Shown: in pieces, positions 51,176 to 61,071 of the stretch | Position numbering within the stretch: position 1 is the stretch's first letter | How the letters are laid out: every line of letters begins with the position of its first letter | DNA from: an uncultured Candidatus Saccharibacteria bacterium | GTDB lineage: Bacteria > Patescibacteriota > Saccharimonadia > CAILAD01 > BJGX01 | Assembly (NCBI GenBank): GCA_964552475.1 | Contig: CAZKFZ010000003.1 | Span: 24,078 to 88,077 of the forward strand | Direction: 5' to 3' | DNA: 64,000 nucleotides | The notes under the pieces: generated by a model | Seen by the model: the letters and a program-made list of their open reading frames with translations, nothing else | Told to the model about the DNA's origin: nothing | Databases searched by the model: none | Translations under genes and position numbers: made by a program

Positions 51176-51339
51176 TTTCTTTTCTCCTTGGTGTCGAGGT
51201 GCGTCTCAAGAGCTTTTCTTGAGCCTGCAGTAGTATACATTAATATCTATAAATAGTCAATATATATAACGACAAAATAAACACTAACAGATATAAATAA
51301 GTTTATATATTGTCGAAATAAAATCGTCATAATACAATA

Positions 51340-52143
51340 TTGTGCTATAATTGCAGTATGGAAACCGATACCCTTAAGGAATTAGGCTTGAGCGAATCAC
51401 AGGCTAAAATGTATTTACTCTTAATGCAGTATGGTAGTCTCACTCCACCCGAGGCAGCCAAACAGGCTGGCGAAACACGTACCACTACCTACTCAATACT
51501 CGAAAGACTTGAGACACTTGGCTTGGCAAATAAAAAGACTGGAGTTAAAAAAGTAACTTATAGCCCCACCAACCCAGCCGCGCTCGAAAAACTTGCTGAA
51601 GCTAAATACCAGCAGTCGGCCGAGCTAAAACAAAAAATAGCCAGTAATATGGCTCGCTATATGACATATTTTTATACCTACCAAGAACAACCAGGGGTAA
51701 GATTTTTCCAAGGTAAAGATGGCATTATTAAGATGTACGAAGACCAGTTGCGTACCAAGAAAAATATCTATTTTTTGCGTTCAGAAAGCGATGTAAATGT
51801 AATGGGTAAAACTATTTATAAGGTCATAGAAAATCGTCACAAGCTGGGTATTAAGGTCTACGGTATTGAGGCTGGTGAAGCTGACAATGTTGAGTTTTCA
51901 CGCCAAAACGACCTTAGGCTAGGCCGAAAGATATCTTTTTACCCTACTGGTATGTATAGTGCGCCGGTTAATTTTTATACCTATGGCACCAAAACCGCTT
52001 TAATATCTTATGGTGAAGAAGTGATAGGTACTATTATAGAGTCGCCCCAGATAGCCCAAGCCTTCCGGCAAATCCACACCATGCTCAAAATAGCCGTAGA
52101 TTCATTAAGTGATCGTCCTAAAAAGGGTAAACTAGAGATATGA
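51340..52143 (+). CDS. TrmB-family HTH transcriptional regulator
   Basis: 'LGLSESQAKMYLLLMQYGSLTPPEAAKQAGETRTTTYSILERL' TrmB-type wHTH; likely real start is the downstream Met (METDTLK...). Confidence 0.55.
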   Translation: MCYNCSMETDTLKELGLSESQAKMYLLLMQYGSLTPPEAAKQAGETRTTTYSILERLETLGLANKKTGVKKVTYSPTNPAALEKLAEAKYQQSAELKQKIASNMARYMTYFYTYQEQPGVRFFQGKDGIIKMYEDQLRTKKNIYFLRSESDVNVMGKTIYKVIENRHKLGIKVYGIEAGEADNVEFSRQNDLRLGRKISFYPTGMYSAPVNFYTYGTKTALISYGEEVIGTIIESPQIAQAFRQIHTMLKIAVDSLSDRPKKGKLEI

Positions 52144-53513
52144 ACGAAAAAAACTTGAAATCAATTTTTAAGGCCTACGACATAAGAGGCTTATCACCTC
52201 AAGAGTTGAGCCCAACAGTTGCAAATGCTATTGGTCAAGCATTTGCAATATATTCTCCCAAAGGAAAAATAGCCGTAGGTCGCGACATGCGAAAAGATTC
52301 TGGAAAGCTCGCAGATGCCCTGGTTGCTGGTTTGGCAAAACAGGGTAGAGAAGTGATAGATTTGGGGCTAATTACCTCTGATATGATCTATTTTGCGGTG
52401 GGTAAATTAAAACTTGCTGGTGGCGCGATGATTACAGCTAGCCACAACCCCGGTCAGTACGACGGAATTAAGCTTACTGGTAAAAATGTTGTGCCAATTG
52501 GTATAGACTCTGGACTACTCAAAATAGAAAAAGAAGTTGCTAGCGGACACTTTAAAAAAATCTGCGATACTGGTTGTAAGACTGGGCAAATTACTAAACA
52601 AGATATTACCCGTCAATGGGTAGAACACGCCCTAGGAACTATTGGCGATACAACTTTATCGCTTTCTATAGCAACCGATACGGGCAATGGCATGGCATCA
52701 ATTGTTTTACCACATCTCAAAACACTTACCCACCTCAGTATAGAAAGTCTGTACACCGAGTTAGATGGCAACTTTCCCAACCACCCCGCCAACCCGCTCG
52801 AGCCTAACAATACTAAATCGTTGCGAAAACTTGTAGAGAAAAACAAATTAGACTGTGGTTTGGCGTTTGATGGCGATGGAGATAGAGCATTTGTAATAGA
52901 TGACCAAGGCAATCTATTGAGTGCTAGTGTACTTGGCGCGATCATTGCCAAGGACATACTAGAGGAAAGCCCCGGCGAGACTATCTTATACAGTGCCACT
53001 ACTTCAGATATTGTGCCAGCCACTATTGAAAGTTTTGGTGGTCACTCGGTACGCACAAGGGTGGGGCACAGTTTTATTAAAGCCGAGATGAAAAAACACC
53101 ATGCTGTTTTTGCTTGTGAACATTCCGGACATTTTTACTTCGCCAACAACTACAATGCCGATAGCGGGCTCATAGCTGCACTAAAAATTCTCGAGATTAT
53201 TACTAAGTATCAAAAACCACTTTCTGAGATAGCCGCACCGTTTGCGAGTATGTTTGTGAATTCAGGCGAGCTCAACTTTACTAGCGATGACCCCAAAGCT
53301 TCTTTAAAATTACTAGAGCGCCATTTCTACAACGGTGAGTCAGACTATCTAGATGGTCTGACTGTGCGTTACCACAACTGGTGGTTTAATGCTCGCCCAA
53401 GCAATACCGAACCTTTCTTACGAGTAAATATAGAGGCCGATTCTGTTGAGATACTTAAAGCCTATCAAAAAGAGATTAACAATATTTTAAAGCCAAAGCC
53501 AAACAAAAAATAG
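52140..53513 (+). CDS. phosphomannomutase/phosphoglucomutase (alpha-D-phosphohexomutase)
   Basis: Active-site loop 'ITASHNPGQYDGIKL'; metal-binding 'FDGDGDR'. Confidence 0.85.
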   Translation: MNEKNLKSIFKAYDIRGLSPQELSPTVANAIGQAFAIYSPKGKIAVGRDMRKDSGKLADALVAGLAKQGREVIDLGLITSDMIYFAVGKLKLAGGAMITASHNPGQYDGIKLTGKNVVPIGIDSGLLKIEKEVASGHFKKICDTGCKTGQITKQDITRQWVEHALGTIGDTTLSLSIATDTGNGMASIVLPHLKTLTHLSIESLYTELDGNFPNHPANPLEPNNTKSLRKLVEKNKLDCGLAFDGDGDRAFVIDDQGNLLSASVLGAIIAKDILEESPGETILYSATTSDIVPATIESFGGHSVRTRVGHSFIKAEMKKHHAVFACEHSGHFYFANNYNADSGLIAALKILEIITKYQKPLSEIAAPFASMFVNSGELNFTSDDPKASLKLLERHFYNGESDYLDGLTVRYHNWWFNARPSNTEPFLRVNIEADSVEILKAYQKEINNILKPKPNKK

Positions 53514-53555
53514 AGCGGTTATTTGTTGAGTGAATTTTTTAAGTATAATTAAGGA

Positions 53556-54410
53556 ATGATAAAAGCTTCAGATACCGACAAGCGTCTCAAAAACTCCATA
53601 TTAGATTTGCTAGAGTATCTGGCTAAGTATAAGACGTCGCTGAGTGATAGCGAAATCCTACATTTATTACCGGTAAGAGCCAGTAGTGCTGGAGTGAGCT
53701 CTCATTTAAGAAATTTAGTAGATGTTGGTAAGGTAAAGAAGCTCAAAGACGGAAGCTTTGGCATAGCCAAGCAAAAGTACCCAAGCCACCACAGACTACC
53801 TGCCAAACCAAGCAGTATTCAATTGTCTAAAAAAACCAAGCGAATTATAAGGTGGGCTAGGTTAGTACCATTTATTCAATCAGTTGCAATTGTTAGTACA
53901 GATACGCTTTCTGTGCAATCTCACGCACAGAACAACCCAAGACTAATATTTATAACTCTGCCCGGAAGAATTTATTTATCCAAGGATATTATAAGAAGGT
54001 TGTTTTATCACAATAAGGATACAAAAACCGACCCAGCAACTCAACAAACAGAATACGCCAATAGTTGCCGTGATATATTCTACTCTACAGCCGGCGTCCG
54101 TTTTAGTGAAAAAATGGGCAGTAGCGATCAAGAAAGGGTGTTGTGGTTTGCTCTTGCTAAGCCCATCTATGGTCAAACTACCTGGCAAACGGTTCTTCAA
54201 AATGACAGATATATTTTTAGTCATTTACCAAACTACCCTTGGGGAGAAAGACAAAATAAGATAAATGTAGGCATGAGTCGCTGGTTAGACAAAATAGACA
54301 ACACCCTCTACCGTAGCTACTTAAAAGAAACCGCATTATTAGGTAAATATCAAGACGCTGACTCATTTTTGCGTATTCGCCCCGATGTGTTTATTGCTAA
54401 AGAAAACTAA
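53556..54410 (+). CDS. hypothetical protein with N-terminal winged-helix-like region
   Basis: 284-aa ORF; no catalytic motif recognised. Confidence 0.35.
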   Translation: MIKASDTDKRLKNSILDLLEYLAKYKTSLSDSEILHLLPVRASSAGVSSHLRNLVDVGKVKKLKDGSFGIAKQKYPSHHRLPAKPSSIQLSKKTKRIIRWARLVPFIQSVAIVSTDTLSVQSHAQNNPRLIFITLPGRIYLSKDIIRRLFYHNKDTKTDPATQQTEYANSCRDIFYSTAGVRFSEKMGSSDQERVLWFALAKPIYGQTTWQTVLQNDRYIFSHLPNYPWGERQNKINVGMSRWLDKIDNTLYRSYLKETALLGKYQDADSFLRIRPDVFIAKEN

Positions 54411-54430
54411 ATAAATATTGTAAAAAAGTA

Positions 54431-54459
54431 TTGACACCAATGTGCTTATGTGATATTAT
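54431..54459 (+). promoter_or_regulatory. sigma70-type promoter with extended -10
   Basis: TTGACA (54431-54436), 17-nt spacer, TGaTATTAT (54451-54459). Confidence 0.6.
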
Positions 54460-54466
54460 GTATATC

Positions 54467-54975
54467 TACCTTGGCGAAAGCCTTGGTGCACCATCTACAG
54501 GTCAACCCCATATAGTTAATATTTGGTAAAGGAGACACACGTGGTCCCACCCGGCTAGTTAGCCTCATCTACGGATGGGGCACGGGATATCCCGAAAACG
54601 CATACCGCCTCACACACATGAAGAGTCCAACCCATCCAATTTAGCTAATATTCGGGGAGCCATGATCCGAATTGAGAGACTTTAGCCCTAGCGTAAGTGT
54701 TACATGAAACACAAAAACTTACCCTAGGGCGCCCCGGTTCTTGAAGCGCTTCGAGAAGTACGCGTTTTCAAGAACAACCTGCGGCGGAGCCGCCGGAGAC
54801 CGTTTGGCCACAACTACATAAATTAGTGGTTCAAACAGGGTGAGCAGTAAAGGTTTGGTAGAGATATTGCACCTACATGGTCGCAAAGACTCACCATCAC
54901 AACCAGAAAACTGTGCCCACAGTGTCTTCGGCGGCCCCCGCCGCCTCCACACCCTCTAGTGAAGAGGGTGTTTTC
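54467..54975 (+). ncRNA. candidate structured non-coding RNA of about 510 nt, identity unresolved
   Basis: Strong promoter upstream, no plus-strand ORF of 60 aa or more, GC-rich internal hairpins (e.g. GGCGGCCCCCGCCGCC), terminal hairpin CACCCTCTAGTGAAGAGGGTG plus T-run at 54949-54974. GC above the local background. Confidence 0.3.
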
Positions 54976-54989
54976 AATTACAAAAGTTC

Positions 54990-55018
54990 TTGACACAGGC
55001 TATTTACACCAGTAGAAT
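54990..55018 (+). promoter_or_regulatory. groESL promoter
   Basis: TTGACA (54990-54995), 17-nt spacer, TAGAAT (55013-55018). Confidence 0.65.
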
Positions 55019-55023
55019 ACTTA

Positions 55024-55050
55024 TTAGCACTCTAAGTATGTGAGTGCTAA
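55024..55050 (+). promoter_or_regulatory. CIRCE element (HrcA operator)
   Basis: Perfect TTAGCACTC-N9-GAGTGCTAA immediately after the -10. Confidence 0.9.
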
Positions 55051-55150
55051 TGCTTAAAGATATTTTGTAGTGCGAGGTTTGGCCGATAACATAGGTTTAT
55101 CGCTATCGCTCGCACAATAAGAACATTAACCAAAATAGGAGAAAAAGCTT

Positions 55151-55420
55151 ATGAACATCAACCCATTAGGCGACCGTGTTGTTTTGCAACAAATAGAGTC
55201 AGAAGAAACCACTAAGTCTGGTATTATATTGCCCGACAGCGCCAAAGAAAAACCCGAACAAGGCAAGGTAGTGGCGGTTGGTAGCGATGTAAAAGAAGTA
55301 AAAGTTGGCGATACTGTGCTCTATAGTAAGTATGGCCCAACTGAAGTAAAAGTAGACGACCAAGACTACATGATAGTAAAAGAAGAAGATGTCTTGGCGA
55401 CAATTAAGGAGAAAAAATAG
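55151..55420 (+). CDS. groES: co-chaperonin GroES
   Basis: 89 aa, '[10 protein letters not shown]...[14 protein letters not shown]' GroES signature. Confidence 0.92.
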   Translation: MNINPLGDRVVLQQIESEETTKSGIILPDSAKEKPEQGKVVAVGSDVKEVKVGDTVLYSKYGPTEVKVDDQDYMIVKEEDVLATIKEKK

Positions 55421-57061
<1,641 letters not shown>

Positions 57062-57200
57062 TGAAGTATTTCTTCTTGGCGCAATGCAGCGTTGCTAACT
57101 CTAGTGCTCCCTCGGTGTAGGCCCACTACACCTCGGTTCACGCTTCGTTAAGCGCCTTGCCTTGCACTCAAGCGATAAATACTTTTCAAACTTAGTATAA

Positions 57201-57229
57201 AAAAGACCCCTATTAACGGGGTCTTTTTT
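57201..57229 (+). terminator. rho-independent terminator after groEL
   Basis: AAAAGACCCCTATTAACGGGGTCTTTTTT. Confidence 0.75.
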
Positions 57230-57309
57230 ATTACCCAACTATATAGACAAATAGCACATTTACTTGTTACAATTACTTACACTTTTGTACCCAACAGAAC
57301 AGGCGAGAT

Positions 57310-57747
57310 ATGTCGGTAGATCATAAGGTGATGGGGGGATTGGCACGAGATGCAGCCAAAGCTGAAGCTCAGCGAGCCAATACCGGTCTACAACCTGGTT
57401 TAGTAGTTAGAGCTAGAGTAATGGCACCTTTTGTGAAAAAAGGTAGTAATGCCGTCACTCCAGCAATTCTATTGCTACCCTTAGATCGTGGTGGCATATG
57501 GAGAGCAGTAGCTTGTACTTTCAGCCCTAACTATACCAACAACACACCTAGGCCAATGTTAAACGATTGGCAACAGCTGGGTTTACCACGCAGAACTTAT
57601 CTTTGGGCAAGAGGTTTTGCCGAGGTTCATGACTGTGAAATACTCGATCACTACGGTGTGATTACCTCTCGTGATGCTGAATTAGTTGTAAGGGCTTGTA
57701 ACTTGGTAGATTCGCCAGCCCAAAGGCTACGCAGTGCTGTAGCTTAA
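57310..57747 (+). CDS. hypothetical protein
   Basis: 145-aa ORF; moderately GC-rich; followed by terminator variant 1. Confidence 0.3.
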   Translation: MSVDHKVMGGLARDAAKAEAQRANTGLQPGLVVRARVMAPFVKKGSNAVTPAILLLPLDRGGIWRAVACTFSPNYTNNTPRPMLNDWQQLGLPRRTYLWARGFAEVHDCEILDHYGVITSRDAELVVRACNLVDSPAQRLRSAVA

Positions 57748-57843
57748 ATAACCTTACCCTATCTGTCGATGGGGTATTTTATTTGCAAAATAAATATTTT
57801 TTGCTACAATTATTAACCATCCGAACCTTAAAAATGGAGTAAT

Positions 57844-58638
57844 ATGTCTAGCGCCCAAGAACTACTAGACGAAGCAGACCAGTTTTTTCAGGTTGGGAGA
57901 TTTGATAGAGCGATAGATCGCTACACCACATCTCACAAGGCCTTTCAAGAACTTGGCGATGAATACATGGCTAATGTTTGCTTAAACTCACTCGGCTTGT
58001 CTATGGTATACGAAAATCATATCAAAGAAGGTATTGAGGCTCTTATGCGAGCTCGTGAAGCTTGGATAAGACAAAGACGTGTAACCGAGCAGGGCAAAGC
58101 AGAACGTGACCTAGGAACGGCTTATATGCTTGATGGTAGCTATTTTAAAGCCGAATATTGGCTTGTAAAGAGTAGAGATATTCTTGGTTTTAGCAACCAT
58201 ACCGACGAAAGAGGCCTTACCGAGGCAAAGCTCGGTAGAGTATATAGCTTAGACGGCGAGTTCGATCTGGTAGATGCTTGTTTTGATGAAGCATTTAACC
58301 TGATAGCGCAGGCAGGGTCAAATGACGCTATCTGTTTGGCGAATATCGACAACGCCTTTGCTTGTATGGAGAGAATGCAGTGGGGGCACATGCACAACCA
58401 CCTAGAATTAGCCTGGCAGATAGCCGAACAGGCTAAGGATCGGCTGGTTCGACAACGATTGTTGTTGATAGCTTTGAGGGTGCGTTGGCAGATTAATCAG
58501 CGAGATTGGCATTTGGCAAGGAAAATATATACCACTAAGTTTAGTAACGAGCTAGATAGACTTACACCTAATGCTGCCGAAGTATTAAACCGTGAGGTGG
58601 GGGCAAGCGAGATATCTAGCGTATTACTTCTAGCTTAA
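57844..58638 (+). CDS. helical-repeat (TPR-like) hypothetical protein
   Basis: 264 aa; repeated amphipathic helix pairs; followed by terminator variant 2. Confidence 0.35.
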   Translation: MSSAQELLDEADQFFQVGRFDRAIDRYTTSHKAFQELGDEYMANVCLNSLGLSMVYENHIKEGIEALMRAREAWIRQRRVTEQGKAERDLGTAYMLDGSYFKAEYWLVKSRDILGFSNHTDERGLTEAKLGRVYSLDGEFDLVDACFDEAFNLIAQAGSNDAICLANIDNAFACMERMQWGHMHNHLELAWQIAEQAKDRLVRQRLLLIALRVRWQINQRDWHLARKIYTTKFSNELDRLTPNAAEVLNREVGASEISSVLLLA

Positions 58639-59073
58639 AACCAACATTTGTCCCTATCTGTACAACAGATGGGGATTTTTACTTGTGAAACATATGTTTT
58701 AATAAATAATGTCAATAAAATCGTACATAATAATAACCATTTTACAGGTATGAAACAATAATTATCTATAAAAATATCAAAAAACATGACAAAAAGTATT
58801 GACAAAAGTAATAATATTTGATACAATACTTGGCGAACCTTTGAAGAGGGCAAACCGACTTGAAGGTCACACATTGACAAAGCAAGATTCTAAATAGATA
58901 TAAGACGGACATATGTGGCGGTGCTGCATAGACCGGTTTACTAAAATAATAGTTAGACCGGCGTGTGCAGTACCGCAGTACCCAACTAAGAGAAATACAT
59001 AGTAGCTAAATGGCGACTATGCTGATGTGTCGAACCAAGTAAGCACATCTGCCCCAAGGAGGGGTATCAACAC

Positions 59074-60054
59074 ATGTCCACCGAAACGACCACGCCCAAC
59101 ACCGACCGCGCCGAGGAGATCAAGGCCAAGAAGCGCAGCGACGCCGCCAAGAAGGCGGCTGCTACGCGACGCCGCAACGCCGCCAAGAAGGCTGCCGAGC
59201 AGGCCGCCGTCAAAGCCACCACCGCGGTGACGCCAACGGTGCCCAACAAGGCCATCCCCGCCGCCCCCATGGGCAGCGCCAAGGCCGATGAGATCTACAG
59301 CGATCTCGCGGGCATGCTCAAGCGCATGGTCGCCGACACGGCCACCGTTCTGCCGGTTCTCGACGAGAGCAAGCAGAAGTGGCTCGAGGGCATCCTGAGC
59401 GTCGACACCGACAACCAGGCCGCCGTCGTCGGCAAGGCGAGCGACATCCGGGCCGCCCACCGCATCTTCCAAGGAGTCAAGGCGCGCGTTGCGCTCATGG
59501 CTCAGGTCACCGAGGTGGCCACCCACGAGGATGCCGTCTCCATCGAGGTGACGGTGGCAGAGGAGCTGGGCAAGGCTATGGCCGACCCCAACTACCTCGC
59601 CGACCCCCGGCACCGCGAGACCGTCGGCAAGGCGGTGCGCAAGGCGCGCTCGCAGCTCAAGATCATCGCCGATTCGGAAGTTCTTCGTGTCGGTGTGAGC
59701 TGGGCCAACACCTACCTGAACGGTGGGTGGGCGAACGTGCTCAACCAGGGGTGGATGCGGGAGAAGATCGAGGACTACATCGCGATGAGCGATGAGGCCC
59801 TCTACCCTTCCCTGCGCCGAGCTGGTGAGCGCAAGAGCCTCGGCCTGTCGCTGAAGAGCCTGTTTGCCGGAATGGTGAGCCAGCTCAAGGCGCCCGGCGA
59901 GAACAAGATGACCCAGTCCGACAAGGAGTGGGTTGCCGAACTCTCGCCGATGGTCGAGCAGCTCCAGACGGTGATTGACGCGGCTCAGGCCGTGCTCGAC
60001 ATCCAGAAGGAGCGCAAGGCCGCTGCCGAGGCCAAGGCCGCAGTCACCGAGTAG
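59074..60054 (+). CDS. very GC-rich (about 65-70%) foreign-looking gene; Ala/Lys-rich histone-like N-terminus
   Basis: 326 aa; N-terminal 'AKKRSDAAKKAAATRRRNAAKKAAEQAAVKA' AKKA-type repeats; codon usage GC3-dominated, unlike every neighbouring gene; GGAGG SD upstream. Confidence 0.5.
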   Translation: MSTETTTPNTDRAEEIKAKKRSDAAKKAAATRRRNAAKKAAEQAAVKATTAVTPTVPNKAIPAAPMGSAKADEIYSDLAGMLKRMVADTATVLPVLDESKQKWLEGILSVDTDNQAAVVGKASDIRAAHRIFQGVKARVALMAQVTEVATHEDAVSIEVTVAEELGKAMADPNYLADPRHRETVGKAVRKARSQLKIIADSEVLRVGVSWANTYLNGGWANVLNQGWMREKIEDYIAMSDEALYPSLRRAGERKSLGLSLKSLFAGMVSQLKAPGENKMTQSDKEWVAELSPMVEQLQTVIDAAQAVLDIQKERKAAAEAKAAVTE

Positions 60055-60382
60055 TCTTGTCTACTCAACCCGGTTTTAGGAAGCGAAGTGTCCAAAAGCA
60101 CTTCAACCGGGTAAAACTAACGCCGCGATGATCGGCAAAACCTAAAATTTCATCACCTCCCCTCGTGGGGGCCAGTAGCTGGGGTAATTTGAACCCAAAG
60201 ATCCCTTTTGGATCTGCTACTGGCCCCCTGGGGCCCGCAAATAGAGAGAGAATCTTGCTTTGTCTCTTTCCCAGAAGCTTTATAGCTATAAAGCTTGTGA
60301 GGAAGAAACACACCCCATCTAAAACGGGGTGTTTTTGTTTTTTAGTTATTTACTTTGACTACAAGGTACCAAAGGCAGTATA

Positions 60383-60991
60383 ATGCTTATTGAAATTGTA
60401 CCTACCGACACCCAAGGGCTAAAAAAGCCGAAAGGGGTACTCAAAACTATGGAGGTAGCGGGGAGTATAGCGTTTCCGGCCGATCATATTAGAATTACAC
60501 CCAACACGCTGGCAGAGCTAGTGGCTCTCTCTACGGCAGATGTAGCACGAATGATATGGCGAATCCGCCACAATAACGGTGGTTTACTTTATAGAGGAGT
60601 ACGCAATAAAGGTCTTAAATACTGCATTAGGTTGGTTGATCGTTACGATATAGACCAGCCAGAACTTATCCCGCTAAAGGTAGAAAATAGCTGGCGATAT
60701 ATTCTAAGAGTAATTTTTATGCCTCTAGAAAATAGGCTAGCTGACCAGTCGAACGATCCAACAGAGAGAGATCAAACCAAGTGTAATCTACTCATTAGAG
60801 TAATAAACAGAAAATACCCCAACTGGCCAGAAGTTCTTATGAACCACCCAGAGTATGTCGGTCTAAATGAACAATCATTAACCACTATGAGTCATGAATA
60901 TCTTCAGGCTATGCTGAGAGAGCTCAACACTATGAGTGAGCTTGGAGTTAGGTTTCCGACAATTGGAGAATTTGACTCCCCCGCTTGTTAA
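60383..60991 (+). CDS. hypothetical protein
   Basis: 202-aa ORF; no motif recognised. Confidence 0.35.
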   Translation: MLIEIVPTDTQGLKKPKGVLKTMEVAGSIAFPADHIRITPNTLAELVALSTADVARMIWRIRHNNGGLLYRGVRNKGLKYCIRLVDRYDIDQPELIPLKVENSWRYILRVIFMPLENRLADQSNDPTERDQTKCNLLIRVINRKYPNWPEVLMNHPEYVGLNEQSLTTMSHEYLQAMLRELNTMSELGVRFPTIGEFDSPAC

Positions 60992-61020
60992 CGATTCAAG
61001 ATAACCTAAAATTGTTAGCG

Positions 61021-61052
61021 GTCTAAAAAAGCAAACTTAGACCGCTTTTTTA
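61021..61052 (+). terminator. rho-independent terminator
   Basis: GGTCTAAAAAAGCAAACTTAGACC hairpin followed by a T-run. Confidence 0.7.
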
Positions 61053-61071
61053 ATTCTGATATACTAAGGTT

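Noticed and set aside
47200-51250. Integron-cassette interpretation of the GC-rich small-gene island
   Set aside because: No intI-like integrase in view; the repeats sit 5' of each ORF together with the RBS rather than 3' like attC sites; no convincing RYYYAAC / GTTRRRY core pairs were found
54719-54952. 77-aa minus-strand ORF inside the ncRNA candidate
   Set aside because: Arg/Pro-rich translation typical of a GC-rich non-coding frame; no RBS; antisense to a promoter/terminator-defined unit
54467-54975. Assignment of the ORF-less transcript to RNase P RNA or tmRNA
   Set aside because: The universally conserved P4 strands (GGAAAGUCCGGGC / ACAGAACCCGGCUUA) or a tRNA-like GGUUCGAAUCC...CCA 3' end could not be located on either strand; left as an unassigned ncRNA candidate
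59017-60313. Overlapping ORFs 59017-59613(-), 59027-59230(+), 59067-59282(-), 59295-59498(-), 59379-59795(+), 60065-60313(-)
   Set aside because: All fall in the 65-70% GC segment where stop codons are rare in every frame; only the 59074-60054 frame has an SD, a coherent protein-like sequence and GC3-biased codon usage
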